DNA from: a virus
Taxonomy: Duplodnaviria > Heunggongvirae > Uroviricota > Caudoviricetes
Virus record (IMG/VR): IMGVR_UViG_2687453529_000007
DNA: 19,211 bases
Direction: 5' to 3' (one strand)
The notes beneath the pieces were generated by a model, which saw only the letters and a program-made list of their open reading frames with translations, did no database searches and was not told the DNA's origin. Positions 17,955 through 19,211 of this stretch are shown here, in pieces; the first letter of the stretch is position 1, and each line of letters opens with the position of its first letter. The position numbers and the translations under genes were made by a program.

Positions 17955-18406
17955 GTAAAACCACTGTCTGGCTCGCTTGTTATAAGGGCCGAACAGAGCA
18001 CCGTGGTATTGCCCGACTGGCTGACTGGCTTACCCGTAAAATCACACGCGGTCATTATTCCCACTGTGAATTAGCCGTTAAGCATGGTGAAAAGAGATAC
18101 CTTTGTTACTCTGCATCACTGCGCGATCGCGGTGTACGCGGAAAGATAATGCCATTGCCAGCGGATAAGTGGGATATGCTGCCGCTCCAGGCTAGCCTTC
18201 AGGATGTGGAAACTTTTTTCCGTAAACATGATGGCAAAAAATATGACTGGCGCGGAGCATTAGGAATTATTACCGGTAATAAAGAACAGCGCGATCGCCT
18301 GTTTTGCAGTGAATTTTGTGCTGAATTTCTGCAACTGAAGGAAAGCTGGCGCTATTCTCCAAACCACTTGTACGCTTTAGTCAGCAGCTGGCAATACCAG
18401 CAATAA
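17951..18406 (+). CDS. Hypothetical protein (151 aa) coupled to the tail fiber chaperone; possible His/Cys permuted-papain-like (LRAT/NlpC-P60 superfamily) enzyme
   Basis: ATGA overlap with the Tfa stop. Contains GHYSHCELAV and, about 75 residues later, RLFCSEFCAEFL, loosely resembling the His-then-Cys motif order of permuted papain-fold proteins. The fold assignment is tentative. Confidence 0.5.
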   Translation: MSKTTVWLACYKGRTEHRGIARLADWLTRKITRGHYSHCELAVKHGEKRYLCYSASLRDRGVRGKIMPLPADKWDMLPLQASLQDVETFFRKHDGKKYDWRGALGIITGNKEQRDRLFCSEFCAEFLQLKESWRYSPNHLYALVSSWQYQQ

Positions 18407-18419
18407 ATCACGCCGGGCT

Positions 18420-19211
18420 TTATGCCCGGCACATTACCGTTTGATACAGCAAATTATCTAGCTCCCGAACATCTCCATCTCGACTGTCCGGTAAAATCGG
18501 TGGAATTTCCCCGCGCGCCAGTTCCGCGCGAATAAACGCATGCAATAAAGGACGGCGCAGTCCATATTCCGCTTCACTCGCACGCTGTTTACGCTCCAGC
18601 AATTCATCTATTTCTGCGCGTAAGGCCGCATCCAACTCACTTCCCGCCAGTAACTCGGCAAAGCGCATTGGCGGCACGCCTTTTCCCGCTTCAACCCAGC
18701 GTACGGCCAGCAGCGGGCGCAGCACGTAAAAGTATTTTTTCAGTCGAACTTCGTCGCCCTGTAAATAACCGCGAAAGTTTTTCTGCGCCATCGAATAGTA
18801 ATGCCAACGCGCGCGCAACGAAGAAAACCACATTGGGACCATTGCCTTAAGCGCCGTTATCGTTTCTTCATCTTGTTGATAGACCACCGGAGAATCCAGC
18901 CATTCTATCAGCGTCGGATTCGCGCCTTTCAATAATCCCAGCGCCTTACGCCACTCCCAACCGGAAACATCTAACTCGTCGTCGATAGGCAGTTCGATAA
19001 CATCGCGCGGTGACTCTACACGCAGATACCATTCTAGCGGATGGACATACAAAAACCGTACATCGTAGTCGCTATCGGGCGAGGCAAATCCCCAGCCGCG
19101 GCTGCCTGATTCACAGGCGTACAGCACTTTCACGCCATAGCGACGTTCTATTTCTTTTAACTGCTGCGATACCCGTTCGCGCATCGCAGCACTGACTCCA
19201 TTTAATGGCAT
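18420..19211 (-). CDS. Pol-beta-superfamily nucleotidyltransferase-like protein (263 aa), convergent with the tail operon
   Basis: N-terminal motif ESGSRGWGFASPDSDYDVRF matches the G[SG]-x9-13-D-x-D nucleotidyltransferase signature, followed by a helical C-terminal domain; start codon is at the window edge (19209-19211). Confidence 0.55.
   Translation of the reverse strand: MPLNGVSAAMRERVSQQLKEIERRYGVKVLYACESGSRGWGFASPDSDYDVRFLYVHPLEWYLRVESPRDVIELPIDDELDVSGWEWRKALGLLKGANPTLIEWLDSPVVYQQDEETITALKAMVPMWFSSLRARWHYYSMAQKNFRGYLQGDEVRLKKYFYVLRPLLAVRWVEAGKGVPPMRFAELLAGSELDAALRAEIDELLERKQRASEAEYGLRRPLLHAFIRAELARGEIPPILPDSRDGDVRELDNLLYQTVMCRA

Noticed and set aside
2690-18406. Complete inducible prophage
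   Set aside because: No capsid, portal, terminase, integrase, repressor or replication gene in 19 kb, and the place where a head module would sit is only about 145 bp.
15640-18406. Invertible tail fiber segment (Gin/Pin/Cin-type host-range switch)
   Set aside because: No serine recombinase gene and no inverted duplicate of the fiber 3' end or Tfa downstream; the gene after Tfa is the unrelated 151-aa ORF.
1-19211. CRISPR array or tRNA/att site
   Set aside because: No regularly spaced short direct repeats and no tRNA-like structure seen at the lysC/element boundary or elsewhere.

Overview
Enterobacterial (Escherichia/Shigella-like) chromosomal segment, read by eye from the sequence and the ORF track; all homology statements are from memory, not from a search. 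The left ~2.6 kb is a rearrangement scar: the right-hand part of an IS903-group (IS5 family) insertion sequence (transposase 1-924, terminal inverted repeat ending at 980), then an internal fragment of a TonB-dependent-receptor-like outer membrane gene (981 to about 1508), fused with no IS end to a 5'-truncated lysC remnant (about 1509-2635). From 2690 to about 18406 lies a ~16 kb phage-tail-like locus. It has a divergently transcribed Mor/C-family activator, a ~0.5 kb AT-rich control region with a near-consensus LexA (SOS) operator, and a lysis cassette (holin candidate, signal/SAR-bearing lytic transglycosylase, Rz-like protein) closed by a strong intrinsic terminator. A complete, translationally coupled contractile-tail module follows: two small tail-completion-like proteins, sheath, tube, a chaperone with an overlapping +1-frame extension, tape measure, gpU/gpX/gpD-like proteins, baseplate gpV/W/J/I-like proteins, tail fiber and tail fiber assembly chaperone. 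No capsid, portal, terminase, integrase or replication gene is present in the window. The locus is therefore best read as an SOS-controlled R-type tailocin (phage tail-like bacteriocin) candidate, or a head-less defective prophage. The tape measure gene is split between two reading frames. A small coupled gene of unknown function follows the tail fiber chaperone, and a convergent Pol-beta-superfamily nucleotidyltransferase-like gene ends the window.
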